From Malacoraja senta (Eukaryota): a stretch of 64,000 bases of DNA. The position numbers and the translations under genes are program-made. The stretch is taken from NCBI GenBank assembly GCA_038087875.1, contig CM075988.1:5518001-5582000 (forward strand). The letters are read 5' to 3'. Of the stretch, positions 1 to 11,000 are shown piece by piece; the stretch's first letter is position 1; every line of letters starts with the position of its first letter. The notes under the pieces are model-generated. The model was given only the letters and a program-made list of their open reading frames with translations, had not been told where the DNA came from and made no database searches.

Positions 1-337
1 CAGACAGCACCCATAGTCAGCATTGAACCCAGGTCTCTGGCGCTATAAGGCAGTAGTTCTACCGCTACGCCACCGTACCACCCGGTTAACACCTAATTTA
101 GATGTTCTCCATGCACATCCTGACCAACAGCTGGCACGTGTCAACAGTCACCCAATCTTCAGTTGATAAGGCCACTAATGTCTTAACGTAGAAACAAGGA
201 ACTGCAGATGCTGGTTTACAAAATTACCTGAGAAAGGGTCAGTCTGAAGAAGGGTCCCGACTCAAAATGTCACCTATCCATGTTCTCCATAGATGCTGCC
301 TCACCCGCTGAGTTTCTCCAGCGTTTTAGTCTACCTT

Positions 338-700
338 CATCCTCGGTCTCCTCCATGGCCAGAGTGAGTCCCACCGCAAATTGGAGGAGCAGCACCTCAT
401 ATTTTGCTTGGGTAGTTTACACCCCAGCCGTGTGACTTCTCCAATTTCAGGAAGTTCTTGCTTTCTCCCTCCTTCCCCTCCCCTTCCCAGCTCTCCCACA
501 GCCTACGGTCTCCGCCTCTTCCTTTATTTTTCCCGCCCCCCTCCACATCAGTCTGAAAAATAGTCTCGACCCGAAACCCGAATGGTTTTTCCAGCATTTT
601 TGTCTACCTTCAATTTTTCCAGCATAGAAAATAGAAAATAGGTGCAGGAGGAGGCCATTCGGCCCTTCGAGCCAGCCAGCCATCTGCAGTCCTTTCTTAA
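338..700 (+). mobile_element. Penelope-like element 3' fragment (end of the GIY-YIG ORF plus pLTR)
   Basis: ILGLLHGQSESHRKLEEQHLIFCLGSLHPS resembles the PLE ORF C-terminus. It is followed by a pyrimidine-rich UTR and the hammerhead-bearing pLTR. Confidence 0.75.
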
Positions 701-1939
701 AAAGAATCCAGCACTTTGGTCTTTTTTTTCCACCAATGTCATGTTGGTTACACCTTCTTCAAATTTACAACACATTCCACCCATGTAGCGGTAATTAAAA
801 TATCAGGCCACATTAAATAGGAATTTCTATTCCGCTGACTGGCATAGCAATTCCCCCACACCCCACCCTCTTCTCCAACTAATTCAGATGAAACACCAAG
901 GCATTGATGGCTATAAATATATTAGTTTAGCTTAGATTAGTTTAGTCTAGTTTATTATTGTCACTTGTACAGAGGTACAGTGAAAAGCTTTTTGTTGCTT
1001 GCTATCCAGTCAGCTTAAAGACTGTGCATGATTACAATCAAGCTGTCCACAGTGTATGGATACAAGATAAAGGGTATATCATTTAGTGCAAGATAAAATC
1101 TAATAACAGTTAAAGATAATTAAAGATAGTTTGAAGGTCTCCAACGAGGTAGATGGGAGGTTAGGACCGTTCTCGAGCTGGTGAGAGGATGGTTGAATTG
1201 CCTGATAACAGCTGAGTAGAAACTGTGCCTAAATCTGGAGGAATGCATTTTCAAACATCAGTACCTCTTGTCAGATTGGAGTGGGGAGAAGAGGGAGTGA
1301 CCGGGGTTAGATTCATCCTTGATTATGTTGGCGGCCTTGCCGAGGCAGCGAGAAATGTGGATGGAGTCAATGGAAGGGAGGTTGGTTTGCGTGATGGTCT
1401 GGGTTATGTCAGCAACCCTCTGCAATGTCTTGCAGTCTTGGATGGAGCTATTCGCAAACAGTTGCTGCCTTACAGGGGCAGAGACCAGGGTTCAATCCTG
1501 ACTACAGGTGCTATCTGTATGGAGTTTCTACATTCTCCCTGTGACCGTGTGGGTTTTCTCCGGATGCTCTGGTTTCTTCCAACACTCCAAAGACGTAAAT
1601 TGTTCCTAGTCTGTAGGATAGCGCCAGTCTATGGCTTGGTCACAGGTCAGCACGGACTCGGTGGGCCGAAGGGCCTGTTTCCGCATTGTATCTCTAAAGT
1701 CTAAACTAAAGTCTAAAAGAAGGGAGTTCACCATATCCTTCTGAAGGGATACAGATGAGCATTACATGGTGGCTTAGTCTGCAACGCACAAAACCAATGA
1801 ACAAATATATAAAAACAGATAAATCGACCCAAGGAACATTATCACAGCGACGTTATCAATTAAAACCTGTCAACAAGCCTTATAGACGGCGATAATACAT
1901 TAATTGGTTAAATTGGTCTGAGATTAAGGGAGAGGTTGA

Positions 1940-2330
1940 GTAGGCTGGGTCCCTAATCCTTGGAGCACAGGAGGATGAGGGGTGATCTTATAGAGGTGTA
2001 TAAAATCGTGAGAGTAATAGATCGGGTAGATGCACAGATTCCTTTGTCCAGAGTAGGGTAATGGAGGATCAGAGAACATGGGTTTAAGGTGAAGGGGAAA
2101 AGATTTAATAGGAATCTGAGGGGTATCTTTTCCACACAAAGGGTTGTGGGTGTATGGAACGAGCTGCTAGAGGAGGTAGTCGAGGTAGGGACTATCCCAA
2201 CATTTAAGAAGCAATTAGACAGGTGCATGGATAGGTCACGTTTGGAGGAATGTGGGCCACATGCAGGCAGGTGGGACTAGTGTAGTTGGGAAGTTGGGCT
2301 GAAGGACCTGTTTAAGCATTGTATGACTCC
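1940..2330 (+). mobile_element. CR1 3' fragment. Others near 7330-7610+, 11470-11860-, 13345-13520+, 13550-13992+, 32350-32665+, 33585-33890-, 35645-36090+, 50750-50980-, 53875-54040+, 57625-57795+, 58120-58570-, 59510-59845-
   Basis: RMRGDLIEVYK and FTQRVV..WN.LP..VVE remnants with shared 3' UTRs. Confidence 0.8.
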
Positions 2331-3058
2331 AAGACTAAGTACAATTTATAGACCCCATTTAACCTACAAACCTGCATGTCTTTGGAATGTGGGAGAAAAC
2401 CAGAGCACCTGGAGGAAACTCACGCGGTTACAGGGAGAACGTGCAAACTCTGTACAGACAGCACCTGTAATCAGGATTGAACTCGGGTCTCTGACACTGA
2501 AGGCAGGCATTCGGCTGCTGCACCACTGTGCCCACCTTCACTGGTGGTGATGGAGGGAATAAGGTTTAGGATGGTGGGATGGTGCCGATAAAGCAAGCCA
2601 TCTTGTCCGGATGGTGTTGGTCTGCTTAAAGAGATGTTAGTGCTGCACGCTTCCATGTAAAGTGGCCAAAATCTAGCATAGGATATGTCTATTTTAGGAT
2701 TCCACCATAATCCTTAATACATGTCCTTCATACGGTAAATCTCTATGAATACAGCAAGATCGGGATGTCGGTGCAGCCAAACTAGCCGATGTACAAGACC
2801 ATTGCATATTATTCTATTAATGATCCAACACACATATAATTTGCGTTTGCTAAAAATGATACACGATATAATAATGCATTTACCAGTACAGGGAGGAGAG
2901 ACAACAAGACCCTGGTAAATGTAAAGAGAGCGAGAGAAACAGAACCAGATGAGTTTAAAGAGAGCGCTGGAATTGGGGCACCTTGTGAGAGGAGGGGAGC
3001 GCTGCAATCATTACCTGGGGCGCCAGATTCTAAACCGGTGAGGGTGCTCGGTGTGTAA

Positions 3059-3493
3059 AGGGCCTGTCCCACGAGCATGCGATTGCATGCGGCAAGCGCG
3101 ACCAAGCCGGAAGCTGGGGCCGCGCGGAGGTCGAGTGATCCCCGTACAGGGCCTGTCCCACGAGCATGCGGCTGCATGCGGCAAGCACCACCAAACCGGA
3201 AGCGGGGGCCGTGTGACGTCAAGACGGTGCGTACGCCCTCGATGCGGCTGCGTACGGCGTCGAGGCGGTGCGCACGGCCGTCGATGCGGCTGCGGGTCGG
3301 CAGGCCGTTGCCGCGTGGAATTTTTGAACAGTCTCAATTTTTCGGAGCCCCACGCGATGTCGGGACCAGCTCCGCACAACTCCATACGGCTCCGGCGATC
3401 GAAGTGGGACCGGCCCCGCAACCTCCGCGCGGCCCCCGCTTCCGGTTTGGTCGCGCTTGCCGCATGCGGTCGCCTGCTCGTGGGACAGGCCCT
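3059..3493. mobile_element. PIF/Harbinger-type MITE with ~73-bp TIRs
   Basis: AGGGCCTGTCCCACGAGC... at 3059 and its reverse complement ending at 3493, about 5 mismatches. Flanked by TAA and TTA. CpG-rich and noncoding. Confidence 0.85.
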
Positions 3494-5810
3494 TTAGGTG
3501 GTAATACGTACAGGTCTATCTAGCCTCCGAAGTTCCACACCGCATGCAATCTTAAAATATCAGATTGAACAAAAGATAGATTATATAGAAAACACAAATC
3601 TATAACACCTTATTGCAAACTAACAGATTTGAGCTAATTGATAATTAGTAAATACATTTTGTATTGATAGCACTGGAAGCTGATTCTCCGACCTCCTCTT
3701 GAAGCTACAGTATTTAAGGAGAACCATAAAAAGGAAAGATAATGAGAGAGAGAGAGAGAGAGCGTTACAGCTCTGGCAGCTAAACATGACACTTTGATTG
3801 ATTATTAAAGGTTACAGCATGGAAACAGGCCCTTCGGCCCACTGAGTCCATGCCGACCCATTCACACTAGTTCTACATTATCCCACTTTCACATCCATTC
3901 CCTACACTCTCAGGGCAAGTTACAGAGGACCAATTAACATAAAAACCAGTATCTTTGGGATGTGGGAGGAAACCAGAGCACCAGCAGGAAACCTATGCGG
4001 TCACAGGGAGATCGTGCAAACTCCACACAGACAGTAAGCAAAGATTAGGACCGTTCCTGGGTTTCGGGCATTGTGAGGCAACAGCTCTAACAGCTGCGCC
4101 ACTGTGCTGCCCGAAGTTAAAAGGAAAAAGATCAAAATGCTGTAAATCTGAAAATACTGGAAACATTCAGCGGGGCAGCATATTCGGCAGCATCTGCGGA
4201 GGGAGAAATAATTAATTTTTCAGGCTAATGAAAGTTGTGTAACATGCTTCTTTCTCCACAGATGCTGCTTGATATGCAGGCAATGGGCATAGACATCAGA
4301 CTAAACCTACACAGAGTTAATTTAATCTTGGATAAATAATTGGAATCATTTCTAACATATAATCCTTCATTCCACAAAGCACAAATTAACCTGGCGCAAC
4401 CAACATGGATTTGCTGAAGGGCGGTTATGTTGACTAACTTTACCAGATTCTTGGGGGTGGTAATGAGGAGCATGGATGAAGACAGTGCATTTGATGTCGT
4501 CTACATGGATTTCAGCAGATATTGGACAAGGTCCCGTCAAATCAGCTGTTGAGAAAACTGAAAACTGGTGGGAGTTAATGGAGCTGGAAATTTTAATCCA
4601 AAATAGGCTCAGTGCCAGGAAGCAAAAGCTAATGCCATGGGTATTGTTGAGACTGGAAGGCTGTTACCAGGTCCACACAGCTCAGTACTTAATCAACAGA
4701 GACATAAGGAACTGCAGATGTTGGAAGCTTGACCAATAAACAAATACTAGAGGAACTCAATGGGTTAGGCAGCATCTGTGGAGGGAAATGGACAAATGTA
4801 ATTTCAGGTCAGTACAACTCATCAGATGTAGAAACAAGGAACTGCAGATGCTGCTTTACACAAAAGGACACAAAGTGCTGGAGTAATTCAATGGGTCAGC
4901 AGCATCTCTTGAGAAGATGGACGGATGACGTTTCGGGTCTGAAGAAGGGTCCTGACCCAAAGCATCACCTATCCTTGTTCTCCAGAGATGCTGCCTGACC
5001 TGCTGAGTTACTCCAGAACTTTGTGACCCTTCCTCAGACTGATGGAGTGGGGCGGAGATAGACGAAAGAAAGTGAGGAGGAGAAGGGATGGGGCAAAAGG
5101 TGGCAAGTGATAGTTGGGTGGATTGGCAAATGATAAGGTGGGGGAAGAAAAGGATGGAGATGGTAGCCATGGCTGGAGATGATAAGTGGAGAAGTCAAAA
5201 GAGTGCAAATAGTGAGATCAAATAAGAAAGAAAGGTGGGAAAATAAATGTCGAGCCATGGTGGACAGGGACATCTGTCCATCTGCTGGAGATAATGGTGC
5301 AGCTTTGATGTTGCCCTGTTTGGAGTGGGGAATGCATCATCTATGGTTGCATAACTGGGAGAATGGGGTAAGGAGAAATGGGAGATCTGGGGAAGGAAGA
5401 GGTAGGTGATAAGCAGATGGAGGAAGTGGAAGGGACTGAGTGAGTGGGAGGCTTGGTCTGATGCCTTTTATTGTGCATATTAAATTAAAGGAACGGGGAA
5501 AAAAAGAAGCTTGCAAATGATTTGAAAATTCGCTCTGCGATTGAGAATGAGGAGGAAAGATTCAAACTCCAGAAAATGCAGGTGATTTGATCAACGGCAA
5601 GAAAAGTGACACATTTAATTTAATTCAGACAAGTGTGAGGTGCAACAAGATTCGGTAATAATCAATTGGCAGGAGGATGCTGAGGGAAATGGACAAGAGA
5701 GATCTTGGACAAATTCTTGATTAGAACGGTGTCATGGGTTATGGGGAGAAGGCAGGAAAATGGGATTAAGAGGCAGAGATCAGCCATGATTGAATGGCGG
5801 AGTAGACTAG

Positions 5811-6386
5811 ATGGGCCGAATGGCCTAATTCTACCCCTATCACTTATGACCTTATCACCTTATGTGATGGTAAGGATGTCAGGAGGAAATCAAATCACCT
5901 ATTTGGAACTTCTGGCTGTACACATTGTAAATACTTCACCTGTTCTTTAAGATCCACATGCCTGACTAAGTCTGAAGAAGGGTTTCGGCCCGAAACGTTG
6001 CCTATTTCCTTCGCTCCATAGATGCTGCTGCACCCGCTGAGTTTCTCCAGCATTTTTGTGTACCTCCAGTATTATTGAGAATGGGGATATTCCGAGAGCC
6101 TCCCTTTTAATCGCTGTTTAATTGTGCACCATTAATTTGTTTTAGTTTAAGTTTTGGTTTTAGAGATATAGCGGGGAAACAGGCCCTTCAGCCCACCAGG
6201 TCCGCACCGACCAGAGATCCCTGCACATTAGCACTATCCTACATACACTAGGGACAATTTACATTTATACCAATCCAATTAACCTACAAATCTGTACGTC
6301 TCTGGAGTATGGGAGGAAACCAAAACCTCAGAGGAAACCCACGCGGTCACGGGGAGAACGTACAAACTCTATACAGATAGCACCCG
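5811..6386 (+). repeat. Near-identical direct duplication of 36059-36634
   Basis: Offset 30248 bp with about 4 substitutions in ~575 bp. Includes non-repeat spacer sequence. Confidence 0.92.
5969..6003 (+). ncRNA. Minimal hammerhead-like motif (duplicated at 36217-36251)
   Basis: CTGAAGA-A-GGGT(TTCG)GCCC-GAAA-CG-TT, with palindromic AACGTT in helix III. Confidence 0.6.
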
Positions 6387-7609
6387 GAGCCCCGCGGCTG
6401 ACGAAGCCTGGGTCGGCAGAGCCCGCGGCTGGGGCTTGGGTCGGCACCTTGGAGGTGTCCGGAGAGGACTTGGCAGCGCTAGTGGAGAGGTCGGTGGGGC
6501 GGTCGATGAGGGCACCGATCGACGGATGAGGCCGGACCACGTGGAAGTGAGGGGACAGCTGCTGGGGGGAGGAACAAAGGAGGACCCGGCATGGGGGGGC
6601 CGCCGTGAGGAAGGGGGGAGGGAGACGATGGACAACCTTGGACCGGTGGGAGGAGGGGGAGGGGAGAAGACCAAAGGGGGTCCTGGCGCAGATACGTTAT
6701 GTGCAAGCAAAGAATTTCACTGTGACTTGTTACATGTGACAAATTCATTCATTCATTCATTACCTATTCACTTTTCACCAGAGATGCTGCCTGACCCGTT
6801 GAGTTACTCCAGCATTTTGTGTCTTTCTTTGGTATGAACCATCATCTGCAGTTCCTGTGTACAGATCTTGGAGTATACATCCTCTAGATGCTTAAAGGTC
6901 ACAGGACAAGTCAGTGAGTAGATTGCAAAAGTATTGAGGATCCTTTTATTAACTGATTCACAGAAAATAAGAGTCGGGAGGTGATACTGAAACTGTACAC
7001 AACACTAAGTAGACCACAATTTGAGTACTGAGTAAGAAAAGACACAGAGTGTTGAGTAACCCAAGGGTCAAGTAGCATCTCTGGAAAACATGGATAGGTG
7101 ATGTATTGGGTCAGGACCTTATCAGCTTCCTCCCCCTCCACCACAACTAGCCCGTAGAAAGTTTCCGACCCAAAAGGTCACCTGTCCATGTTCTCCAGAG
7201 ATGCTGCCTGACCCGTAGGTTTGTCTCCAAAAATAAACTTTATTCAGAATAAAAATATGTACAAAACAAATACTGTGCAAAGATCCTCAGACATTCTCAG
7301 CGTATATACATTCATAATATATGTTCATTAAGAATAAGGGGGAGGCCATTTGGGACTGAGATGAGGAAATACTTTTTCACCCAGAGAGTTGTGAATCTGT
7401 GGAATTCTCTGCCACAGAAGGCAGTGGAGGCAAATTCACTGGATGCTTTCAACAGAGAGTTAGAGCTCTTAGGGCTAATGGAATCAAGAGATATGGGGAG
7501 AAAGCGGAAACAGGGTACTGATTCTGGATGATCAGCCATGATCATATTGAATGGCAGTGCTGTCTTGAAGGGCAGAATGGCCTACTTCTGTACCTATTTT
7601 CTATGTTTC

Positions 7610-8900
7610 TATAAGTGTTCACACCCATACTTAAACAAAACACCCTTGCCATGTGGCCCCCTGGACTGATATCCCTTTCTTTTTTGGGGGTGTGTTCCAA
7701 CTGGATTCTGTCTACAATGACCCAAGACCGTGGTCCTCCCCCACAGACCTTGGCATTGGCTGCACCCAGCTTCAGATAAATAGCTGAAGGATCCAGTTCC
7801 TGATACCCTCCCCAAAGTACGATTTGGAGAGCTTGCCATCATGTTCTAAGCTGACTAGGCGGGTGTCCACCTCTCTGTCCTGCACATAAGCGATGGTATC
7901 CCTGAGCAGCACTAGACTGCCCAAGATGTTCCTGCCAAGTGCAGGACAGGTTTGTTCTGGGTGGATCACCTGTCCTAGAACATACCTGAGCCAGTTGGTG
8001 ATGGCCTTGTGTAAATACGGTCCTAAAGCTTACCCCCCCCCCCCCCCCCCCTTAGTCTAGTTCAGTAAAACACTGAGTTAAACATGGATCAATTAAACAT
8101 TATTTTAGAACGAACAACGAATACCTAATACCTAAACGATATCTAAACCACCGTGGGTTCGATCCTTGTCTCTGCCTGGCCAAGCCCTTCAGCCTCGTGC
8201 AAGCAGACACTACCAAAAGGTCACGCAATCCCAAGCGCCCTTCCAGAAGATCGACTACGATCCAAGTGGGGGCTACCTTTTATAGGTCAACGAACCATGA
8301 GGAGCCGAACTACATAGGGGTGGCTCCCCTTACAAGCCAATCACGCATATTGATTACATTAAAGTATTATTGACAGTCCCCCAACCCAATTACAAAGAGT
8401 CCCAATACTATGTTTCTCTAGAAGCTTCTGGAAGGAAGTCAGCTAACTGAATAATGCAACATTTACCCTGGCAGTACAAACAATTCAGCCAGGGCTTCAC
8501 ACTTCAGCCAATCATCAAACAGCAGGATAACTGTCCTGCAACATTATTAACATTATTTACAATCCCTTTGCAGTAATCCAATCAAACCAATGCACCTGCA
8601 ACACCTTAGAGTTTCTCTACCTCACCTTATCTGATGTATTGATCTGGGACCTAGACTTCCTGGCACCAGCTTGAGGCTTCTTACAGAAAAAGTCTAACAG
8701 GCCTTGTAGATGCATAAATCCTTTGCTTTATTTTCGCTCTGTTTTGGCCAGGATTTACACTTGGACAGGATCTTAGAGCCCGCATTTAGCAACAAATTGG
8801 GTCTCCAATTCCTGGTGTCATCCTTCTCCCCCTTCTACTTGTAGATTAGGGTGATGTTGCCCTTCCTCATAGATCCTGACATGCTATCGGCTAGAAGAAT
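7610..8900 (-). mobile_element. Internally deleted Tx1/L1-like LINE fragment, interrupted by the solo LTR
   Basis: Minus strand reads RKGNITLIYK*KGEKDDTRNWRP..KILSK, then AITNWLRYVLGQVIHPEQTC...LLRDTIAYVQDR, with a LKLGAANAK-like C-terminus. The AATAAA-bearing 3' end continues at about 7230-7320. Confidence 0.8.
8010..8759 (-). mobile_element. Solo LTR (ERV- or Gypsy-type), 750 bp
   Basis: Termini TGTAAAT...ATTTACA with TSD CTTG at 8006-8009 and 8760-8763. It splits a Tx1 RT frame (KILSK|AITNWL). Minus-strand TATAAAA near 8284-8278 and several CCAAT boxes. Confidence 0.85.
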
Positions 8901-9344
8901 AGCATTGATCAATGGTATTTTATCATTAATGTTTTATTATTATTAATGTTTAGTGTTTTCTGAGTCATTCGTAACTGTTACTGTATGTCATGTTGTTACT
9001 TGTGGGCGGAGCACCAAGGCAAATTCCTTGTATGTGAATACTTGGCCAATAAACTTACTTACTTACTTGTACATTTCCAGCAGGTCCGGGCACACCCAGT
9101 CCCACAGAGCCAAGTACAACGCAGCCAGTAAGCCATCGCCCCCAGGAGTTTTATTCAAGTCAAAGGAATTATGGTACCTGCTTGGTTTCCTCAAAGAGCT
9201 CCATGATGGTGGACAGTAAGTTCTAAGAGGCTGTGCTTTCTGTTGCCCTTCCATCACACAGACTGATATAGAAGGTTCTACAGCTGAGTTACTACAGTAC
9301 ATTGTGTCGTGTCTTTTTTTGTAAACCACTTTTGTAAAGAAAGC

Positions 9345-9960
9345 ATACCAATGCCTCTACTTCCTGAGAAGGCTTAAGAAGTTCGGCATGTCTCCTGCAA
9401 CTCTCACCAACTTCTATAGAGGCGCAGTAGGAAGCATTTTATTGGGGTGCATCACACCTTGGTTTGGGAACAGCTCCATCCAAGACTGCAAGGAATTGCA
9501 GAGAATGGTGGACATGTCCCAGACCATCACACATACCAATGTCCCTTCCATTGACTCCATCTACACCTCACGCTGCCTCGGCAAGGCCACCCATAATCAA
9601 GGACCAGAGGCTACTTCTGCTTCCTCCTTTTCCCATCCGACGCAGAAGTGTGAAAACGCACACACTCCAGATTCAGGGACAGTTTTTTCCCCAGCTGTTA
9701 TCACACAATTGAACCTTCCAATCAACTAGTAGAGAGCAGTTGTGAGCAACCATCTACACTACCTCGATGAAGATCCTCGGACTATCTGTAATCGCACTTC
9801 ACCTTGCACTAAACATTATTCCATTTATCACTGTGGATGTCTCGATTATAATCATGTATTGTCTTTCCTGTGTCTGTTTAGCACGCAACAAAAGCTTTTC
9901 ACTGCACTTTGATACATGAAAATAAACTAAACTAAACTAAAGTTAACTAAACTAAACTGC
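9345..9960 (+). mobile_element. Rex1/Babar-like LINE 3' fragment. Others near 925-1450-, 37560-37950-, 38860-39160-, 45750-46000+, 49600-50050+, 56905-57090-
   Basis: LYFLRRLKKFGMSPATLTNFYRGAVGSILLGCIT.WFGN..ELQRMV, with 3' AAAAGCTTTTCACTG..AATAAA(CTAAA)n. Confidence 0.75.
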
Positions 9961-9986
9961 ACTAAACCAAACCAGCATCTCCAGTT

Positions 9987-10168
9987 AGACAAAAATGCTG
10001 GAGAAACTCAGCGGGTGAGGCAGCATCTATTGTGCGATGGAAATAGGCAACGTTTCGGCCCAAAACGTTGCCTATTTCCTTCTCTCCATAGATGCTGCCG
10101 CACCCGCTAGGTTTCTCCAGCATTTTTGTCTACCTTCGATTTTCCAGCATCTACAGTTCCTTCTTAAA
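9987..10168. mobile_element. Fold-back (inverted pLTR) Penelope-derived unit with 14-bp TSD
   Basis: Inverted arms span 9986-10132. TSD CAGCATCTCCAGTT at 9973-9986 and 10169-10182. Confidence 0.8.
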
Positions 10169-10776
10169 CAGCATCTCCAGTTCCTTGTTTCTCCTTGCAG
10201 TGTGTAGTTCTGATCATCACATTGTGGGAAGGATGAGTTTGAGCTGGAAAGATGCCACGGATATATGTGAGCCAGGACTGGGAAATTGTATCTCTAAGGA
10301 AAGATTGGATGAACTAAGTTTGTTTTCTTTGGAACTAAATGAGCACAAGGGATATTAAAGTGAAGTGTATAAAATTATCAATGGTGCAGCTAAATAGGAA
10401 GGACAGTAATGGGGATGGTGAGTGGTGCAGCAGTTATTGTGGGTGCCTGACAGCTCCAGGGACCCAGATTCAATTCTGAACTTGGAAGTTGACTATATGG
10501 AATTTTCATGTTCTACCTGCAATATTGTGGCTTTCCCTGGTTGCTCCTGTTTCCTCCCACTTCCCAAGTTTTTTTGAATGGTTGGTTATCTGGTCGCTGT
10601 AACTTGTCCCTAGTCAACAGGTCATAAGTGATAAGAGCAGAATTAGGCCATTCGGCCCATCAAGTCTACTCTGCCATTTAATCATGGCTGATCTATCTCT
10701 CCCTCCATACCCCATTCTTCTGCCGTCTGCCCGTAAACCCCGACATCCGTATTAATCAGTGTAGGGTGGCCTCCTA

Positions 10777-11000
10777 TGATAGACACTAAAAGCTGGAGTA
10801 ACTCAGTGGGACCAAGCAGCATCTCAGGGGAGAAGGAGTCGGTGACATTTTGGGTCGAGACCCTTCTTCATACTCAGTTTCATGACCCGAAACGTCACCC
10901 ATTCTTTCTCTCCAGAGATGCTGCCTGTCCCGCTGAGTTACTCCAGCTTTTTGTGTCTATCTTCGGTTTCAACCAGCATCTGCAGTTCCTCCCTACACAT
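10777..11000. repeat. Fold-back Penelope pLTR palindrome (similar units near 187-335, 4830-5020, 7040-7215, 42421-42575, 47670-47850)
   Basis: ~80-bp inverted arms GATAGACAC..GCTGGAGTAACTCAG and CTGAGTTACTCCAGC..GTGTCTATC. Confidence 0.75.

Noticed and set aside
3011..3030. Minus-strand TGGCGCCCC as a tRNA-Lys PBS
   Set aside because: Only about 8 nt match, and I could not define an adjacent LTR end or gag
2809..3523. Overlapping Arg/Ala/Gly-rich ORFs on both strands
   Set aside because: A by-product of the GC-rich palindromic MITE
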